NCBI GenBank assembly: GCA_045588915.1
Contig: JAZNFA010000009.1
Coordinates: 16,016 to 80,015, forward strand
Direction: 5' to 3'
DNA from: Clostridia bacterium
GTDB lineage: Bacteria; Bacillota; Clostridia; Christensenellales; UBA1242
DNA length: 64,000 nucleotides
Below the pieces are notes generated by a model. The model saw nothing but the letters and a program-made list of their open reading frames with translations. It made no database searches and was not told where the DNA came from. This document shows positions 9,913 through 20,581 of this stretch, piece after piece; the stretch's first letter is position 1, and the number at the start of each line of letters is the position of its first letter. The position numbers were made by a program, and so were the translations under genes.

Positions 9913-10938
9913 ATGAAAAAAGTTGTTTTAGATTGTTTAGGTGGTGATAACGGCTTGCCGGTAATGTTGGAAGGGGCAATCAATGCTTTACAACAAAATC
10001 CTGAATTGAATTTAGTTTTAGTTGGTGATGCTGAATTGATTAAGCCTCAAGTGGCTCGATTCGGTGACCGTGTGGAAATTATTGATACTAAAGTGAATAT
10101 TGCAATGGATGAACATCCAACGCAAGCGATTCGTACAAAAACAGACAGTAGTTTAGTGTTAGGTTTGGAACAATTAAAGCAACGTGAGGATTGTGGTGCG
10201 TTTGTGTCGGCTGGGTCAACGGGTGCTGTTTTAACAGGTGGGTTTATGAAAATTGGACGTATTGCAGGCGTAAGTCGTCCTGCGTTGTGTCCTACTTTAC
10301 CAACAATGAAAGATGGTAATGAGTTTATGCTTTTGGATTGTGGTGCGAATATGGATTGTACAGCGATTCAATTAGTACAATTTGCTGTGATGGCGCACGA
10401 ATACAAAAAAGCAATGGGTATTGTTAATCCGAAAATTGCCTTACTTAATGTGGGGGCTGAAAGTACCAAAGGAAATCTGATTGTAAAACAAGCATACGAT
10501 ATGTTATGTAAATTACGTGATGAAGGCTTAATCAATTTTGTTGGAAACATTGAAGGTGATCAAGTTTTCAATGGCGATGTTGATGTGGTGGTTGCTGATG
10601 GTTTCTGGGGTAATGTTCTGTTGAAAAGCATTGAAGGTACAGTGAAGTTTGTTTTTAAGTCAGTTAAGAATGTAATGACTAGCAGTTTGAGTGGTAAAAT
10701 TGGTGGTTTGTTGGTTGGTGGTAAATTAAAGAAATTTAAAGCTGATAAAATGGATAAAACGAATGCAACAATCTTTTTAGGTCTGAAAAAGGCAGTCGTA
10801 AAAATGCACGGAAATGCTGACGCACGAAAAGTTACTTCGGCTTTACATTATGCAACAACTGTTGTTGATTTTGATTTGAATGCAAAGATTGAAGAAGCAT
10901 TAACAAAAGTGGAGTCGTTACTAGGGAAAGATGACTAA
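9913..10938 (+). CDS. plsX: phosphate acyltransferase PlsX
   Basis: It has the N-terminal LDCLGGDNG motif and the typical length and overall pattern of PlsX. Confidence 0.9.
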   Translation: MKKVVLDCLGGDNGLPVMLEGAINALQQNPELNLVLVGDAELIKPQVARFGDRVEIIDTKVNIAMDEHPTQAIRTKTDSSLVLGLEQLKQREDCGAFVSAGSTGAVLTGGFMKIGRIAGVSRPALCPTLPTMKDGNEFMLLDCGANMDCTAIQLVQFAVMAHEYKKAMGIVNPKIALLNVGAESTKGNLIVKQAYDMLCKLRDEGLINFVGNIEGDQVFNGDVDVVVADGFWGNVLLKSIEGTVKFVFKSVKNVMTSSLSGKIGGLLVGGKLKKFKADKMDKTNATIFLGLKKAVVKMHGNADARKVTSALHYATTVVDFDLNAKIEEALTKVESLLGKDD

Positions 10939-11401
10939 GCCACGCTTATTATTAGCTGTTTGTTGTGGGCCGTGTGCGACGGTTGCTGTAGAAAGGTTAT
11001 CTGTTGATTATGATGTTACCTGTTTATTTTGGGGTGATAATTTAGACAGTTTAGATGAATTTAATCGTCGTTTGGAAGCTTTGTATAAATTGACCGATAA
11101 GGTAATTGTACATCCATATAATCATCAGAATTGGGAAGTGCAAAACTGTGTACGCTGTGTGACTTTGCGTCTGCAAAATGCTTTTGAGTATGTTGAGAAG
11201 TTAGGCTTTGATTACTTTGCAACATCATTGACAACCAGCCCACATAAGGATGCTGTGATGATAAATCAAGTAGGTGCAAGTATTAGTGATAAATATGTAC
11301 CTAGCGATTTTAAGAAGAAAGACGGCTTTAAGCGCAGTGTTGAATTATCGAAACAACTAAAAATGTATCGACAAAATTATTGTGGATGTGTTAAACCATA
11401 A
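10931..11401 (+). CDS. queH: epoxyqueuosine reductase QueH-like (DUF208)
   Basis: It has LLAVCCGPCA near the N-terminus and YRQNYCGC at the C-terminus. The start overlaps the plsX stop by 8 nt. Confidence 0.65.
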   Translation: MTKPRLLLAVCCGPCATVAVERLSVDYDVTCLFWGDNLDSLDEFNRRLEALYKLTDKVIVHPYNHQNWEVQNCVRCVTLRLQNAFEYVEKLGFDYFATSLTTSPHKDAVMINQVGASISDKYVPSDFKKKDGFKRSVELSKQLKMYRQNYCGCVKP

Positions 11402-11402
11402 T

Positions 11403-12239
11403 ATGAACTTACAAGCTGGGATTTGCCCAAAGTGTCATGAATATTTATTGATGAAACAAAACACGCCATTTTTAGTTTGTCCTAAATGTGGTGAAACTAT
11501 TTCAGCACAAACAGCTAATGCGTTTGTTGAGCGTCGTTGTGCTGATGCTAACCAGGTTAATGCAGTTATTGCTGAGTGTGTTGCTTTGGAAATTAAATAT
11601 GGTCCAGAGTTACCATTTATGTTGTTATCAAAAGTAGTTTCAAATTTTCCACATTTAGAGAGTCCAGCTTATTTGTTGGTTAAATTGTCAGGGTATGAGG
11701 CAGGTTTAGTTTATGATTATTTGAAAACTTTTGCTGGAACAAAAAGTGAACCGGGTAATGTGTCGTGGGCAGAAAGTTTTTTAGATAATTGTTTAAATTT
11801 TCAGACAATTGAATTTGCTGATTTATTTCGTGGTTATGTACGGAATAAAGTTCGTCCTGAAAAGCAACAACATTATTTAGATAAGATTGACAGCCTTGTG
11901 AAAGAATACACAACAAAGTCTTCAAGTCCTAATTCAACAAAATGGTTGATTACTTTGTATGTGATTTCAAGTATTGTGAATGTTGCTTTATTACCAGTAA
12001 TGATGCTTTTATCAGGCTGGATGTCACAATATTTTTCATTTTATTTTTTAGTGAATACTTTAATATCTTTAGCTGTTGTGTCGGTGGAAATTTTGTTGAT
12101 GGTTATTCATCATAAGATTTATGGTAACCGTTTAAATATCTCTTCGGTCGAGCGACTTTGGATGGTTATCTTTATGTCGACAATGGTCTTTGCTGTGGGG
12201 GCTGTGGTGATGGGAAGTATTTGGAAGATAACATTATGA
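11403..12239 (+). CDS. zinc-ribbon membrane protein, function unknown
   Basis: It has CPKCHEYL...CPKCGE at the N-terminus and three or four C-terminal TM segments. I prefer the ATG at 11403 over the upstream alternative start. Confidence 0.55.
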   Translation: MNLQAGICPKCHEYLLMKQNTPFLVCPKCGETISAQTANAFVERRCADANQVNAVIAECVALEIKYGPELPFMLLSKVVSNFPHLESPAYLLVKLSGYEAGLVYDYLKTFAGTKSEPGNVSWAESFLDNCLNFQTIEFADLFRGYVRNKVRPEKQQHYLDKIDSLVKEYTTKSSSPNSTKWLITLYVISSIVNVALLPVMMLLSGWMSQYFSFYFLVNTLISLAVVSVEILLMVIHHKIYGNRLNISSVERLWMVIFMSTMVFAVGAVVMGSIWKITL

Positions 12240-13075
12240 AAACGCAAACTTTTACTGTTAAACAAAGAACAAATGTCAGTTCATTATTAAAGTCTAATTT
12301 GTTGGGTGCTGGTTATGTTTTTGTGCAACAAATTTTAAAACGTAAGGATGTAAAAGTTAATGGGGTGCGTGTTAGTCGTGATGTGCCTTTGGCAGTTGGC
12401 GATGTGGTACAAATCTATTATGCTGATAATGCTTTGAAAAGTTGGCAACCTTATCGTATTGTTTGGGAAGACCATAATGTTGCTGTTGTGTTTAAATCAC
12501 AAGGAATTGAAACCAGCAGTGAAACTGGCGAAAATACATTGGAACGTTTATTAGGGTACATTGCTGTGCATCGTTTGGATGTCAATACTGAAGGCTTGGT
12601 TATTTTTGCGAAAAACGCTGAATCGGAAGAGGCTTTGTTGGAGGCCTTTGCGAATGGGCAGGTAAACAAAACTTATTTGGCTTTGTGCTTTGGTCACTTG
12701 AAAAAATCACCAGTCACTTTAACAGGTTATTTAACCAAAGACAAAGATACAGGAACGGTGATGATTGAAAAAGAAAAAAATCCAGGTGCAGTTTCAGTTA
12801 AAACTGTGGTTGAATTTGTACGCCCAAAAGGTGAATTTTCTTTATTAAAAGTTCGGCCGTTGACTGGGCGTACACACCAGATTCGTGCTCACTTGGCAAG
12901 TATTGGACTTTATATTGTTGGCGATGGTAAATATGGAAAAGCTGAACTGAATCGCCTTTATCATCAAAATAAACAATGTTTATGTGCAACTGAGATAGAG
13001 TTTGCGTTTGCACCACAGTCTTTGCTATACTATCTCAATGGACGAAAATTTACCGCAGAACCAACCTTCATCTGA
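12236..13075 (+). CDS. RluA-family pseudouridine synthase with an S4-like N-terminus
   Basis: It has HRLDVNTEGLVIFAK and GRTHQIRAHLA. The ATG overlaps the previous stop (ATGA). Confidence 0.85.
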   Translation: MKTQTFTVKQRTNVSSLLKSNLLGAGYVFVQQILKRKDVKVNGVRVSRDVPLAVGDVVQIYYADNALKSWQPYRIVWEDHNVAVVFKSQGIETSSETGENTLERLLGYIAVHRLDVNTEGLVIFAKNAESEEALLEAFANGQVNKTYLALCFGHLKKSPVTLTGYLTKDKDTGTVMIEKEKNPGAVSVKTVVEFVRPKGEFSLLKVRPLTGRTHQIRAHLASIGLYIVGDGKYGKAELNRLYHQNKQCLCATEIEFAFAPQSLLYYLNGRKFTAEPTFI

Positions 13076-16000
13076 TAATCCACAATTTGTGCATTTGCAC
13101 GTACATACAGAGTACAGCTTGTTGGATGGGGCTGCACGTATTTCAAAGTTAGTCAAAATTGCCAAGGAACAAGGTGCTGGCGCTTGTGCGATTACCGACC
13201 ATGGTAATATGTATGGTGCATATAAGTTTTACCAAGCCTGTAAACAAAAAGACGTAAATATTAAGCCAATTATTGGTTGCGAAATTTATATTGTTGATGA
13301 TATGAATGCTCGTGAACCTGGCGAACACCGTGGGCATATGGTTTTGCTCTGTAAAAATAATCAGGGTTATGTGAATCTATGCAAAATCAATACAGCAGCG
13401 TGGACCCGTGGGTTTTATTATAAACCACGTATTGACTATAAGTTTTTGGCTGAACACTGTGAAGGTTTGATTTGTTTGTCGGCGTGTTTGGCAGGTCACA
13501 TTCCACATTATTTAATGTTAGACCAGTATGATGAAGCAAAAAAATACGCTGTACGTTTACAAGAAATGTTTGGCGAAGATTTTTATTTAGAAGTTCAAGA
13601 CCACGGTATTGCAATGCAAAAGAAGGTCAATGCTGGTATTGTTAAATTGGCACAAGATTTAAATCTTGAAATTGTAGCAACGAATGATATTCACTATTTA
13701 TATCACGAAGATGCTGAAATGCAGGATGCCTTAATTTGTATTGCAACACAGAGTAAAGTGAATGATGTTGACCGTATGCGTTTTGATACTGACCAGTTTT
13801 ATTATAAATCTGGCGCTGAAATGGCAGCGTTGTTTCCCGATTTACCACGTGCAATTAGTAATACGGTTGTCATTGCTGAGAAATGTAACTGTGACCCTTT
13901 TGCACGTGCTGACTTGATTCCGGCGTTTACGTCACCGACGAATGAAGATAATTTAACTTACTTTAAACGTAAGGCCGAAGAGGGTTTAAAACGGCTCTAT
14001 GGTGAAATTACACCGGAAATTCAAGAACGTTATGAAAAAGAATTGCACGTTGTTTCCAGTCAGGGATTTATTGATTATTATCTGATTGTTGCTGACTTTA
14101 TGCGCTTTGCTCGTGAGAATGATATTCCAATTGGACCAGGACGTGGTTCTGGTGCCGGTTCGATTTTAGCCTATGCTTTGGGCATTACAAAGTTAGACCC
14201 TTTAAAATATAATCTACTTTTTGAGCGTTTCCTGAATTTAGAGCGTCGAAGTATGCCGGACTTTGATTTGGACTTTTGTTGTAAACGTCGTGGTGAAGTT
14301 ATCGAATACGTGATTGATAAGTATCATCGTGATAATGTGTGTCAGATTGTAACTTTTGGTACAATGGCGGCCAAAGCGGCGATTAAGGACATCGCGCGTG
14401 TGTTTGATTTACCTTTTGCTGAAGTGGCAAAGATTACGAAACCGATTGAAATTAACCAACGTCAAAAGCCACCATTTTTGGAATATATTTTTGGTTTAAA
14501 AGATTTATCAAAAATTACTGATCCGGAAAAGTTAGCGAAAGAAAAAGCAAAGTTTGATGATTTGTATAAGCCAGAGTTAGCGGCAATGTATCGTGATGAT
14601 GCAATGGTAAAGAAAATCGTCGATATGGCGATTAAGGTGGAAGGTTTCCCTCGCAATTGCAGTGTGCATGCGGCTGGTGTGGTAATCTGTAAACGTGTCG
14701 TAGGTGATGCGTGTCCGTTGGCAAAAAATGGGGGGATTGTTACAACCCAATATGATAAGAATGAAGTTGAAGAATTAGGTTTCTTAAAAATGGACTTCTT
14801 AGGGTTGATTACTACTACCGATATTGATGGTGCTATCAAAGCTGTTAAAGCACAGTTAGGTAAAACAATTGATTTTTACCATATGGATTACGATGATCCG
14901 AATGTTTATAAAATGATTAGTGCAGGTGAGACTGACGCCGTGTTCCAACTTGAAAGTGGTGGAATGAAAAAGTTTATGAAGGAGTTGAAGCCTGACTGTA
15001 TTGAGGACCTGATTGCAGGTGTGTCTTTGTATCGTCCTGGTCCGATGGATATGATTCCTACTTATTGTCGTAATAAACACCATCCGGAATTAACGGTTTA
15101 TGAACATCCTCTATTAAAAGATATTTTGAAAGAAACCTACGGGCAAATTGTTTACCAAGAACAGGTTATGCAGATTTTCCAGGTACTTGGTGGTTATTCG
15201 TTAGGACAAGCTGATATTGTGCGTCGTGCAATGGGTAAAAAGAAAGTTGCCGAAATGGAAAAACAAAAAAAGATTTTCTTGTATGGTGATGAAAGTTTAA
15301 ACATTAAAGGTGCTGTAAACAATGGGGTTGCACCAGATGTTGCAGCAAGTATTTTTGCGAAAATGGAAAAGTTTGCTGGTTATGCTTTCAACAAATCGCA
15401 CGCAGCTTGTTACGCTTTTTTAGCTTATCAGACAGCTTATTTACGTTATTATTATTACTCGTTCTTTATGGCTTCAATGATTAACAATCGTATTAACAAA
15501 TGGGACGATATGACGCATTATATTGCTGAAGTTCGTGTTAAAGGTAAGGTGGTTTTGCCACCTGACATCAACAAGAGTGCTTCTTTGTTTACGGTTGAAT
15601 CAGATAATGAATCCATTCGTTTTGGTTTGTCGGCAATTAAAAACGTGGGTGAAGGTATGGTTGCTTCAATTATTGAAGAACGTGAAAAAAATGGCAACTT
15701 TACTTCTTTTATGGATTTCTGTAAACGTGTTCCAATCGAAGTTTTAAATAAACGTTGTTTGGAAAGTTTGATTTTAGCAGGGTGTTTTGATGGTTTAGGT
15801 GCTTATCGTAGTCAATTGATGAGTATTTATCCAACTGTTGTGAAGACAGTTGCTAATGATAAGAAAGCGGCAGAATCTGGTCAAATTTCGCTTTTTGGTG
15901 GTGTGGCTGAAACGAATGATGTTGAAGTTACATTACCGAACATAAAAGAGTACGATAACTTCACAAAGTTACGATTTGAAAAAGAATATGTTGGTATGTA

Positions 16001-16664
16001 TTTAAGTGGACATCCATTGGAAGAATATTTGAGTTCCTTCAATCAGTTTACTTTTAATACAAGTAAACTACCTAAAGATAAAGATGCCGATGAGGAAGTT
16101 AAAACAGAAGAGGTTGATGATGCTGATGAAAGTTCGCAATTAGATGAACCGGAATTTGAAGAGGGCAGTAATGTAACGATGGGTGCTTTGATTACAGGCA
16201 TAAAAAAAGTTTATACCAAAGCAAAACACGAAGAAATGGCGATATTAAGCGTGGAAGATTTGTTGGGAACTTGTGATGTGATGATGTTTCCCAAAAATTG
16301 GGCTCGCGTAAAAAATATAGTTACTGAAGAAAGTGTTGTTAAAATTAGTGGTAAAATTTCGATACGTGATGGACAAAGTCCAATTGTGATTGCTGATTCT
16401 TTGGAATTATTAAATCGTACAGCACCGATGGAAGTTCCAGTTGAAAAACAACAAAAGTTGTATTTGCGTTTTAACTTGCAAGACCCAGTTGTTAAAACAG
16501 ATTGTTTCAATGTCCTGACTTCTTACAGCGGCGATATTCCAGTTGTGATTAAGGATACGGCAACCGGCAATGCTTTTGCACCGGAAATTAAAGTAAGAGA
16601 ATGTAAGGCTATTTTATATGAGCTACATCAAATTTTAGGTGAAGAAAACGTTAAGTTACAGTAG
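13038..16664 (+). CDS. dnaE: DNA polymerase III alpha subunit (DnaE type)
   Basis: It has the PHP motif FVHLHVHTEYSLLDGA, PDFDLDF, and an OB-fold region at the C-terminus. The likely start is MDENLPQ at 13038. Confidence 0.93.
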   Translation: MDENLPQNQPSSDNPQFVHLHVHTEYSLLDGAARISKLVKIAKEQGAGACAITDHGNMYGAYKFYQACKQKDVNIKPIIGCEIYIVDDMNAREPGEHRGHMVLLCKNNQGYVNLCKINTAAWTRGFYYKPRIDYKFLAEHCEGLICLSACLAGHIPHYLMLDQYDEAKKYAVRLQEMFGEDFYLEVQDHGIAMQKKVNAGIVKLAQDLNLEIVATNDIHYLYHEDAEMQDALICIATQSKVNDVDRMRFDTDQFYYKSGAEMAALFPDLPRAISNTVVIAEKCNCDPFARADLIPAFTSPTNEDNLTYFKRKAEEGLKRLYGEITPEIQERYEKELHVVSSQGFIDYYLIVADFMRFARENDIPIGPGRGSGAGSILAYALGITKLDPLKYNLLFERFLNLERRSMPDFDLDFCCKRRGEVIEYVIDKYHRDNVCQIVTFGTMAAKAAIKDIARVFDLPFAEVAKITKPIEINQRQKPPFLEYIFGLKDLSKITDPEKLAKEKAKFDDLYKPELAAMYRDDAMVKKIVDMAIKVEGFPRNCSVHAAGVVICKRVVGDACPLAKNGGIVTTQYDKNEVEELGFLKMDFLGLITTTDIDGAIKAVKAQLGKTIDFYHMDYDDPNVYKMISAGETDAVFQLESGGMKKFMKELKPDCIEDLIAGVSLYRPGPMDMIPTYCRNKHHPELTVYEHPLLKDILKETYGQIVYQEQVMQIFQVLGGYSLGQADIVRRAMGKKKVAEMEKQKKIFLYGDESLNIKGAVNNGVAPDVAASIFAKMEKFAGYAFNKSHAACYAFLAYQTAYLRYYYYSFFMASMINNRINKWDDMTHYIAEVRVKGKVVLPPDINKSASLFTVESDNESIRFGLSAIKNVGEGMVASIIEEREKNGNFTSFMDFCKRVPIEVLNKRCLESLILAGCFDGLGAYRSQLMSIYPTVVKTVANDKKAAESGQISLFGGVAETNDVEVTLPNIKEYDNFTKLRFEKEYVGMYLSGHPLEEYLSSFNQFTFNTSKLPKDKDADEEVKTEEVDDADESSQLDEPEFEEGSNVTMGALITGIKKVYTKAKHEEMAILSVEDLLGTCDVMMFPKNWARVKNIVTEESVVKISGKISIRDGQSPIVIADSLELLNRTAPMEVPVEKQQKLYLRFNLQDPVVKTDCFNVLTSYSGDIPVVIKDTATGNAFAPEIKVRECKAILYELHQILGEENVKLQ

Positions 16665-16721
16665 TGAGTATTTTGCATTGAGTTGTTGCAGTTTTGCTTT
16701 TTTTGTGTTATGCTTGTCCCT

Positions 16722-18554
16722 ATGATACAGAAGAATGAAAAGATTCGTAACGTAGCAATTATTGCGCACGTTGACCACGGTAAAACAAGTTTAGTGAATG
16801 AATTATTAAAACAAGGTGGAGCTTTTAGTGATCACCAAGTTGTGGCTGATCGTGTAATGGACAGCAATGCTTTGGAACGTGAACGTGGTATTACGATATT
16901 AGCGAAGAACTGTGCCGTACGTTATAAAGGAGTAAAAATCAATATTATTGACACTCCCGGGCACGCTGACTTTGGTGGTGAAGTTGAACGTTCATTAAAA
17001 ATGGTTGATGGCGTATTGTTGGTTGTTGATGCTTACGAAGGACCAATGCCACAAACACGTTTTGTATTGGAAAAGGCTTTGGAACTTGGTCACAAAGTAA
17101 TTATCGTTATCAATAAAATTGACCGTCCAGATGCTCGTATTAAAGAAGTTGAAGACGAAGTTTTGGGCTTGTTGATGGATTTGGATGCAAGTTCGGAACA
17201 GTTAGACAGTCCTTTTGTTTATGCCAGTGCGCGTAATGGTATTGCTGGTTTAACGGTGGAAAGTGCGACAACAGATATGCAACCACTTTTGGATAAAATC
17301 GTGGAATACTTACCAGCTCCGGAATATGAAGATTCAAATGATTTCCAAATGTTGGTTTCGGCAACTCAATACAGTGAATATGTTGGCAAGATGGCAGTTG
17401 GTAAAGTTACCAATGGGCAAATGGTTGTTAATGCAAGTGCTGTACGTGTTAACTATTACAACTCTGCCATTAAAACAACTTTTAAAGTGACACAAATTTG
17501 TGAATTTATGGCAATGAAAAAATTGCCAATTGATAAGACCGAAGGTGGCGATATTGTTTGTATTTCGGGTTGTGCTGATGTTGGAATTGGTGATACCGTT
17601 TGTAGTACAGCAAATCCACAAGCTTTGCCATTTACCAAGATTAGTGAACCAAGCGTAGAAATGACATTTATGGTTAATGACAGTCCATTAGCTGGTAAAG
17701 AAGGTAAATTTGTGACCAGTCGTCATTTGCGTGAACGTTTATACAAGGAAGCTGATAAAGATTTGAGTTTGAAAGTTGCTGATACTGACTCAACCGAAGC
17801 ATTTAAGGTGAGTGGACGTGGGGAAATGCATTTATCAATTTTGATTGAAAATATGCGTCGTGAAGGTTATGAATTTGCTGTAAGTATGCCGAAAGTTTTG
17901 TACAAACGTGATGAAAACGGTAAATTGATGGAACCGATTGATAAAGCTTTTATTGATGTTCCTGAAGAAAGTATGGGACCTGTTATGGAAAAAATGGGGG
18001 CACGTCGTGGTGAATTGTTGGGTATGACACCACACGGTAGTCGTTTGAAATTAGAATTCTTAATTCCAGCTCGTGGTTTATTTGGTTATAAAAGTGAATT
18101 GTTAACTGATACCAAAGGTGAAGGTGTTTTGAATACCATTAGTAACGGTTATGATTATTACAAAGGCGATATTGCAACTCGCCAATCGGGAAGCTTGATT
18201 GCATTTGAGGATGGCGAAAGTAATGCTTATGGTTTGTATAACGCACAAAACCGTGGTTCATTATTTATCGGTGCTGGAATTACCGTTTATGGTGGTATGG
18301 TCGTTGGTTCAAATCCTGCTGGCGATGATATTACAGTTAATGTTTGTAAGAAGAAAGAATTAACAAATATGCGTTCTAAGAGTAGTGATGAAGCGTTACG
18401 TTTAACTCCACCAATTCAATTTACCCTTGAAGAAGCGTTGGAATTTATCAACGATGATGAGTTATTAGAAGTTACTCCGGCAAATCTACGTATTCGTAAA
18501 ATTGAATTAGACCACGGTAAACGTTTACGTGCACGTGGTAAAGCAGTGAAATAA
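16722..18554 (+). CDS. typA: translational GTPase TypA/BipA
   Basis: It has [20 protein letters not shown] and NKID. The start is ATG 16722 ([10 protein letters not shown]). Confidence 0.93.
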   Translation: MIQKNEKIRNVAIIAHVDHGKTSLVNELLKQGGAFSDHQVVADRVMDSNALERERGITILAKNCAVRYKGVKINIIDTPGHADFGGEVERSLKMVDGVLLVVDAYEGPMPQTRFVLEKALELGHKVIIVINKIDRPDARIKEVEDEVLGLLMDLDASSEQLDSPFVYASARNGIAGLTVESATTDMQPLLDKIVEYLPAPEYEDSNDFQMLVSATQYSEYVGKMAVGKVTNGQMVVNASAVRVNYYNSAIKTTFKVTQICEFMAMKKLPIDKTEGGDIVCISGCADVGIGDTVCSTANPQALPFTKISEPSVEMTFMVNDSPLAGKEGKFVTSRHLRERLYKEADKDLSLKVADTDSTEAFKVSGRGEMHLSILIENMRREGYEFAVSMPKVLYKRDENGKLMEPIDKAFIDVPEESMGPVMEKMGARRGELLGMTPHGSRLKLEFLIPARGLFGYKSELLTDTKGEGVLNTISNGYDYYKGDIATRQSGSLIAFEDGESNAYGLYNAQNRGSLFIGAGITVYGGMVVGSNPAGDDITVNVCKKKELTNMRSKSSDEALRLTPPIQFTLEEALEFINDDELLEVTPANLRIRKIELDHGKRLRARGKAVK

Positions 18555-18585
18555 TTAAAAGATGATTTTTCGCACATATTAAGTT

Positions 18586-19944
18586 GTGGCGAAAAAGGGT
18601 CTGGTTAAAGGTGCTTTGATTCTCAGCTCAGCAGGTGTGATTTGTCACTTGCTGGGCGTTTTATTTAGAATACCTTTGTCCAATATCGTAGGCAATTATG
18701 GTATCGGTTTATATCAATTGGTTTTTCCTTTGTATGCCTTGTTGTTAATCGTTTCTTCGGCAGGGATTCCGGTGGCTTTGTCCAAAATGATTGCGCGCGT
18801 TCGTGATGACCGGCGACAAACAAAACAGGTTTTTGTGAATGCCTTAGTCGTTTTGTTTGTGATTGGTTTAGCCATCACATTGGTTTTTTTAGCTTTAGCA
18901 CGACCAATTGCTGGATGGCAGGGTAAACCAGAGATTTGGCCATTGTATCTTGCAATTGCGCCAGCTGTATGGTTCGTGTGTGTGATTTCGGCTTATCGTG
19001 GTTATTTTCAAGGTTTAAATAATATGGTGCCGACGGCTGTTTCACAAATCGTGGAACAGGTTGTTAAAGTGGGTGTTGGTTTAGCTTTGGCTTTTTGGTT
19101 GATTCGCTACAGTATTTTGTGGGCTGTGTTTGGTGCAATCTTGGCTGTGGCAATTTCAGAGTTGGTGGCTGTGATTATGTTGGTAATTGTTTATGTTGTG
19201 CAAGTGCGACAACAAAAACAAGAGACAGTAACTCAAAACGAAAAATTGGGATTTTGGTCGTTATTATCGTGGCAAGTTGTGCGACGTATTTTTGCGATTT
19301 CTGCACCCATTATGGTGATGTCATTGGCATTTCCATTGGTCCAATTGTTTGATAGTTTTTATGTGGTTAATGCCTTAAAAAGTAATGGAGTTGCACAAGC
19401 AACCGAACTGTATGGGATTGCCACAGGGTCGGTGCATACGTTAATCAACGTACCGAGTGTGGTTGGTGTGGCAATTGCGACGGTAATGTTGCCGATGGTT
19501 TCACGTGCTTTTAAGCAGGGTGACTTCAAAACAATGCGTCAAAAAAGTTGGACGGCATTAGGTGTTTTTTGTTTGTTTGGTTTGGCTGCAGCTTTGGGGT
19601 TATTTTTATTGCCGAAGTTGATTTTAACTTTATTATACGGTCGTGCTTTTAATGGAAGACCAGAAGAACTTTCAATTGGTATTTTACTGCTGCGTATTGA
19701 AAGCTGGGCAATTATCTTGATTGGATTAACTCAGGTAACAGGGAGTATTTTACAGGGATGTGACCACGAAAAAGTGCCGATGTGGGCTTTAATCATTGGT
19801 GGAGTAGTAAAAATCGTTTTTGAATTATTAGCACTGAAACCGTTGGGAATTATGGCCGTTAGTATTGCGAATATCTTGTGTTATGCAGTAGCATTAATAA
19901 TTAGTGGTAGTGTTTTGATTAAATTATTTCTGCAAGGGAAATAA
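18586..19944 (+). CDS. MOP-superfamily flippase (MurJ / SpoVB-like)
   Basis: It is a 452-aa polytopic protein with the N-terminus KGALILSSAGVICHLLGVLFRIPLSNIVG. The start is GTG. Confidence 0.7.
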   Translation: MAKKGLVKGALILSSAGVICHLLGVLFRIPLSNIVGNYGIGLYQLVFPLYALLLIVSSAGIPVALSKMIARVRDDRRQTKQVFVNALVVLFVIGLAITLVFLALARPIAGWQGKPEIWPLYLAIAPAVWFVCVISAYRGYFQGLNNMVPTAVSQIVEQVVKVGVGLALAFWLIRYSILWAVFGAILAVAISELVAVIMLVIVYVVQVRQQKQETVTQNEKLGFWSLLSWQVVRRIFAISAPIMVMSLAFPLVQLFDSFYVVNALKSNGVAQATELYGIATGSVHTLINVPSVVGVAIATVMLPMVSRAFKQGDFKTMRQKSWTALGVFCLFGLAAALGLFLLPKLILTLLYGRAFNGRPEELSIGILLLRIESWAIILIGLTQVTGSILQGCDHEKVPMWALIIGGVVKIVFELLALKPLGIMAVSIANILCYAVALIISGSVLIKLFLQGK

Positions 19945-19951
19945 CAAAACT

Positions 19952-20224
19952 ATGCGAAAAAGCGATTTAATTATGGAATTTAGTGCTGAATTCGGCACAA
20001 CAAAAAAAGATGCCAAGAGTATGGTAACTTGGTTAGAAAATCAAATAGTTGATGGTGTGAAAAGTGGGGATGAAGTTGTCTTAGATATTGGTAAGTTTCA
20101 AATAAAAAAAACACCTGCACGACAGGGGCGTAATCCACAAACCGGAGAAACAATAAAAATTAAAGCTAAAACTAAACCGGTTTTTAAGGCAAGTAAAAAA
20201 TTTAAAGAATCACTAACTAAATAA
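19952..20224 (+). CDS. hup: HU-family DNA-binding protein
   Basis: It is 90 aa, with RQGRNPQTGETIKIKAKTKPVFKASKKFK as the beta-arm. Confidence 0.9.
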   Translation: MRKSDLIMEFSAEFGTTKKDAKSMVTWLENQIVDGVKSGDEVVLDIGKFQIKKTPARQGRNPQTGETIKIKAKTKPVFKASKKFKESLTK

Positions 20225-20247
20225 AAAAACACCACACGAAGTGGTGT
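20222..20247 (-). terminator. terminator of the SRP RNA gene (hairpin shared with the hup 3' end)
   Basis: On the minus strand, ACACCAC-UUCGU-GUGGUGU is followed by U7. Confidence 0.7.
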
Positions 20248-20249
20248 AA

Positions 20250-20500
20250 TGGTGTTGGACACGGTTCGGTCGTTTCCCAAAAAACGGTAACCAGTCTAAT
20301 GGCTCGGTCTGGCGTCACTTAATTAGCTCGGCGAAAACTGTTTAGTGCTGCTTGGTTCCCCATCTGACACGATTCGCAATCTCACCGACTACTAAGCCGT
20401 CAAACGTCAACACCGATAGATGCTGTCTATCATCATTCGGTACGCGCTCTCAGCCGTGTGGTCAATCCCGGTTAGCGCACGGGTGACAGGCAGTCGCTAA
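20250..20500 (-). ncRNA. ffs: signal recognition particle RNA, long Bacillus type with Alu domain
   Basis: The minus strand reads ...CCGTGCGCTAACCGGG...GGTGTTGACGTTTG...GTGTCAGATGGGGAACCAAGCAGCACTAAAC...GCCGAGCTAATTAAGTGACGC..., which parallels B. subtilis scRNA landmarks as I remember them. The ends are approximate. Confidence 0.85.
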
Positions 20501-20522
20501 TTGCCCATTTATCCAACATTGA

Positions 20523-20574
20523 ATTATAGCATAACTCAAAAGATATTGCAAGTAATCCACTGTCGTGCTATAAT
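20523..20574. promoter_or_regulatory. back-to-back promoters for SRP RNA (-) and dnaB (+) sharing one palindromic -35
   Basis: TTGCAA (20546-20551) is palindromic. A 17-nt spacer leads to TATAAT on the plus strand (20569-20574), and another 17-nt spacer leads to TATAAT on the minus strand (20523-20528). Confidence 0.6.
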
Positions 20575-20581
20575 TTTTTTA

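Noticed and set aside
14462-14839. Antisense ORFs inside long genes. Examples are 14462-14839 in dnaE, 17334-17621 in typA, 56626-57069 in hsdM, 59773-60144 in the KAP gene, and 62439-63362 and 63731-63937 in hsdR.
   Set aside because: They are embedded opposite well-supported conserved genes. They have no SD or promoter and a low-complexity, AT-driven composition.
20501-20581. N-terminal extensions suggested by the ORF track. These are dnaB from TTG 20501, typA from 16683, dnaE from 13002, the ATPase from 51291, the AAA ATPase from 53353, the rlu gene from 12158, yigZ from 40585 and the YezG-like gene from 37301.
   Set aside because: The extensions overlap promoters, the SRP RNA promoter or neighbouring genes. 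They use non-ATG starts and add residues absent from the conserved family N-termini. Internal ATGs fit better.
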